The notes under the pieces were generated by a model. It was given only the letters and a program-made list of their open reading frames with translations, searched no databases and was not told the origin of the DNA. DNA of 64,000 nucleotides from Heteronotia binoei (lineage: Eukaryota), in NCBI RefSeq assembly GCF_032191835.1, contig NC_083234.1:16120001-16184000 (forward strand). The letters run 5' to 3'. This document shows positions 62,880 through 64,000 of this stretch, in pieces (position 1 is the first letter of the stretch; each line of letters opens with the position of its first letter). The position numbers were made by a program, and so were the translations under genes.

Positions 62880-63360
62880 AGAGAGCAAAGCAGTCGACAA
62901 GGGGCACCTTTAAGACCAACTAAGTTTTATTCAGAATGTAAGCTTTCGTATGCTCTTAAGCAGACTTCATCATACGAAAGCTGACATTCTGAATAAAACT
63001 TAGTTGGTCTTAAAGGCGGCCTTGTCTACTGCTTTGTTCTACTGCTTCTCCCCAGGAGAGCCAGTTTGGTGTAGTGGTTAAGTGTGCAGACTCTTATCTG
63101 GAAGAACCGGGTTTGATTCCCCACTCCTCCACTTGCACCTGCCGAAATGGCCTTGGGTCAGCCATAGCCCTGGCAGAGGTTGTCCTTGAAAGGGCAGCTG
63201 CTGGGAGAGCCCTCTCCAGCCCCACCCACCTCACAGGGTGTCTGTTGTGGGGGAGGAAGGTAAAGGAGATTGTGAGCAGCTCTGAGACTCTTCGGAGTGG
63301 AGGGCGGGATATAAATCCAATATCTTCTTCTTCTGCTTCAGACCAACACGGCTGCCTACT
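62880..63360. mobile_element. Penelope-like inverted terminal remnant (hairpin 62907-63016) interrupted by a SINE
   Basis: 46-bp arms with 1 mismatch; the element resumes ctgcttcagaccaacacggctgcc at ~63333. Confidence 0.72.
63056..63332 (+). mobile_element. Full-length SINE (best reference copy in the window)
   Basis: gagagccagtttggtgtagtggttaag head with A-box, B-box-like GGTTTGATTCC and a (TTC)n tail. Confidence 0.92.
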
Positions 63361-63444
63361 GGGATCATCAGAGAGTGATTGGTGAAGCTCATATATATTT
63401 TTTTAAATTACCACGTCTGCCCTACTTTACAAACTTGCAATACA

Positions 63445-63653
63445 GACTGATTTCCCACTCACCTTACACTGTTCTCAGCGGGGCTTCCATCTGATTTCAC
63501 ACTATCGGCTCTGAGGCAGCAGCTGGCTTTGGCTTTTTTGCACGGCAAAAAGAAACCTCTGTTGTAGCTCTGGGGCAGATAGTGTGAATTCGGACGGAAG
63601 CCCCGCTGAGAAGAGGAGTGTGATAGTGGCATAAGGCAAGTGGGAAATTGGTC
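63445..63653. mobile_element. Palindromic MITE-like element
   Basis: gactgatttcccact/agtgggaaattggtc termini (13 of 15) and inner inverted arms ctcagcggggcttcc...cacactatc / gatagtgtg...ggaagccccgctgag. Confidence 0.65.
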
Positions 63654-64000
63654 AAAGTTTCCTCAAGGAGCCGAAGTGATGTACCTCTGATCCACAATGT
63701 CAGGGGTCCCCTACCTGCTTGAGTCTGCGAGTACCTTCGGAATTCTGACACCGGATGATGGAGACAACCACAAAGTGGCTGCTGTGGGTGGTGGAGCCAA
63801 CCACAAAATGTCAGAGTTTGGTTACGCATAACTTTCATAGCAGCTCTTCTGTATTTAAGGCAGACACTCTATTTAACTGGATGCCTTTTAAAATGGCACT
63901 TCCAATAGGAAGCCCTGCTGGGTACAAGCCCCAATTTGCCCTGCCCACTTTATACAATTCCTTGGTTGGCATCTGGAAAGGAGTTCCTGTTACAAAAAAG

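Noticed and set aside
57000-64000. CRYBB1 exons expected beyond TPST2 by synteny
   Set aside because: No crystallin-like peptide was found in any frame I examined; the gene is probably outside the window.

Overview
Vertebrate genomic DNA, not prokaryotic. It is a GC-rich squamate reptile locus, probably a gecko (inferred from the SINE and CR1 content). Four intact spliced genes lie in the same order and orientation as on human 22q12: HPS4 (-, 13 coding exons, ~555 aa), SRRD (+, 7 exons, 292 aa), TFIP11 (-, 12 coding exons, 843 aa) and TPST2 (-, 4 coding exons, 373 aa). HPS4 and SRRD share a ~340-bp bidirectional CpG promoter. I built the exon models by hand from remembered orthologue sequences, GT/AG boundaries and phase continuity; all close in frame, and only one HPS4 acceptor (6903) is uncertain. 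The rest is CR1 and L2 LINE fragments, tRNA-derived SINEs, hAT MITEs with 8-bp TSDs, a solo LTR, Penelope remnants and a 100-N gap. The striking feature is repeated conversion of functional signals into tandem arrays. (1) One SINE beside the TFIP11 promoter carries ~55 internal copies of a 79-bp B-box unit. (2) SRRD intron 3 consists of five copies of a ~100-nt intron, each ending in an intact acceptor. (3) HPS4 intron 1 is a VNTR that copies the exon-1 donor and carries ten CACGTG E-boxes. (4) CR1 and SINE 3' ends stutter in 67-, 104-, 134- and 213-bp units. There is also a perfect 33-bp SINE fold-back hairpin. Nearly all long ORFs in the supplied track outside these exons and LINE remnants are artefacts of repeats or high GC. 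No database search was run; repeat family names are by recognition only.
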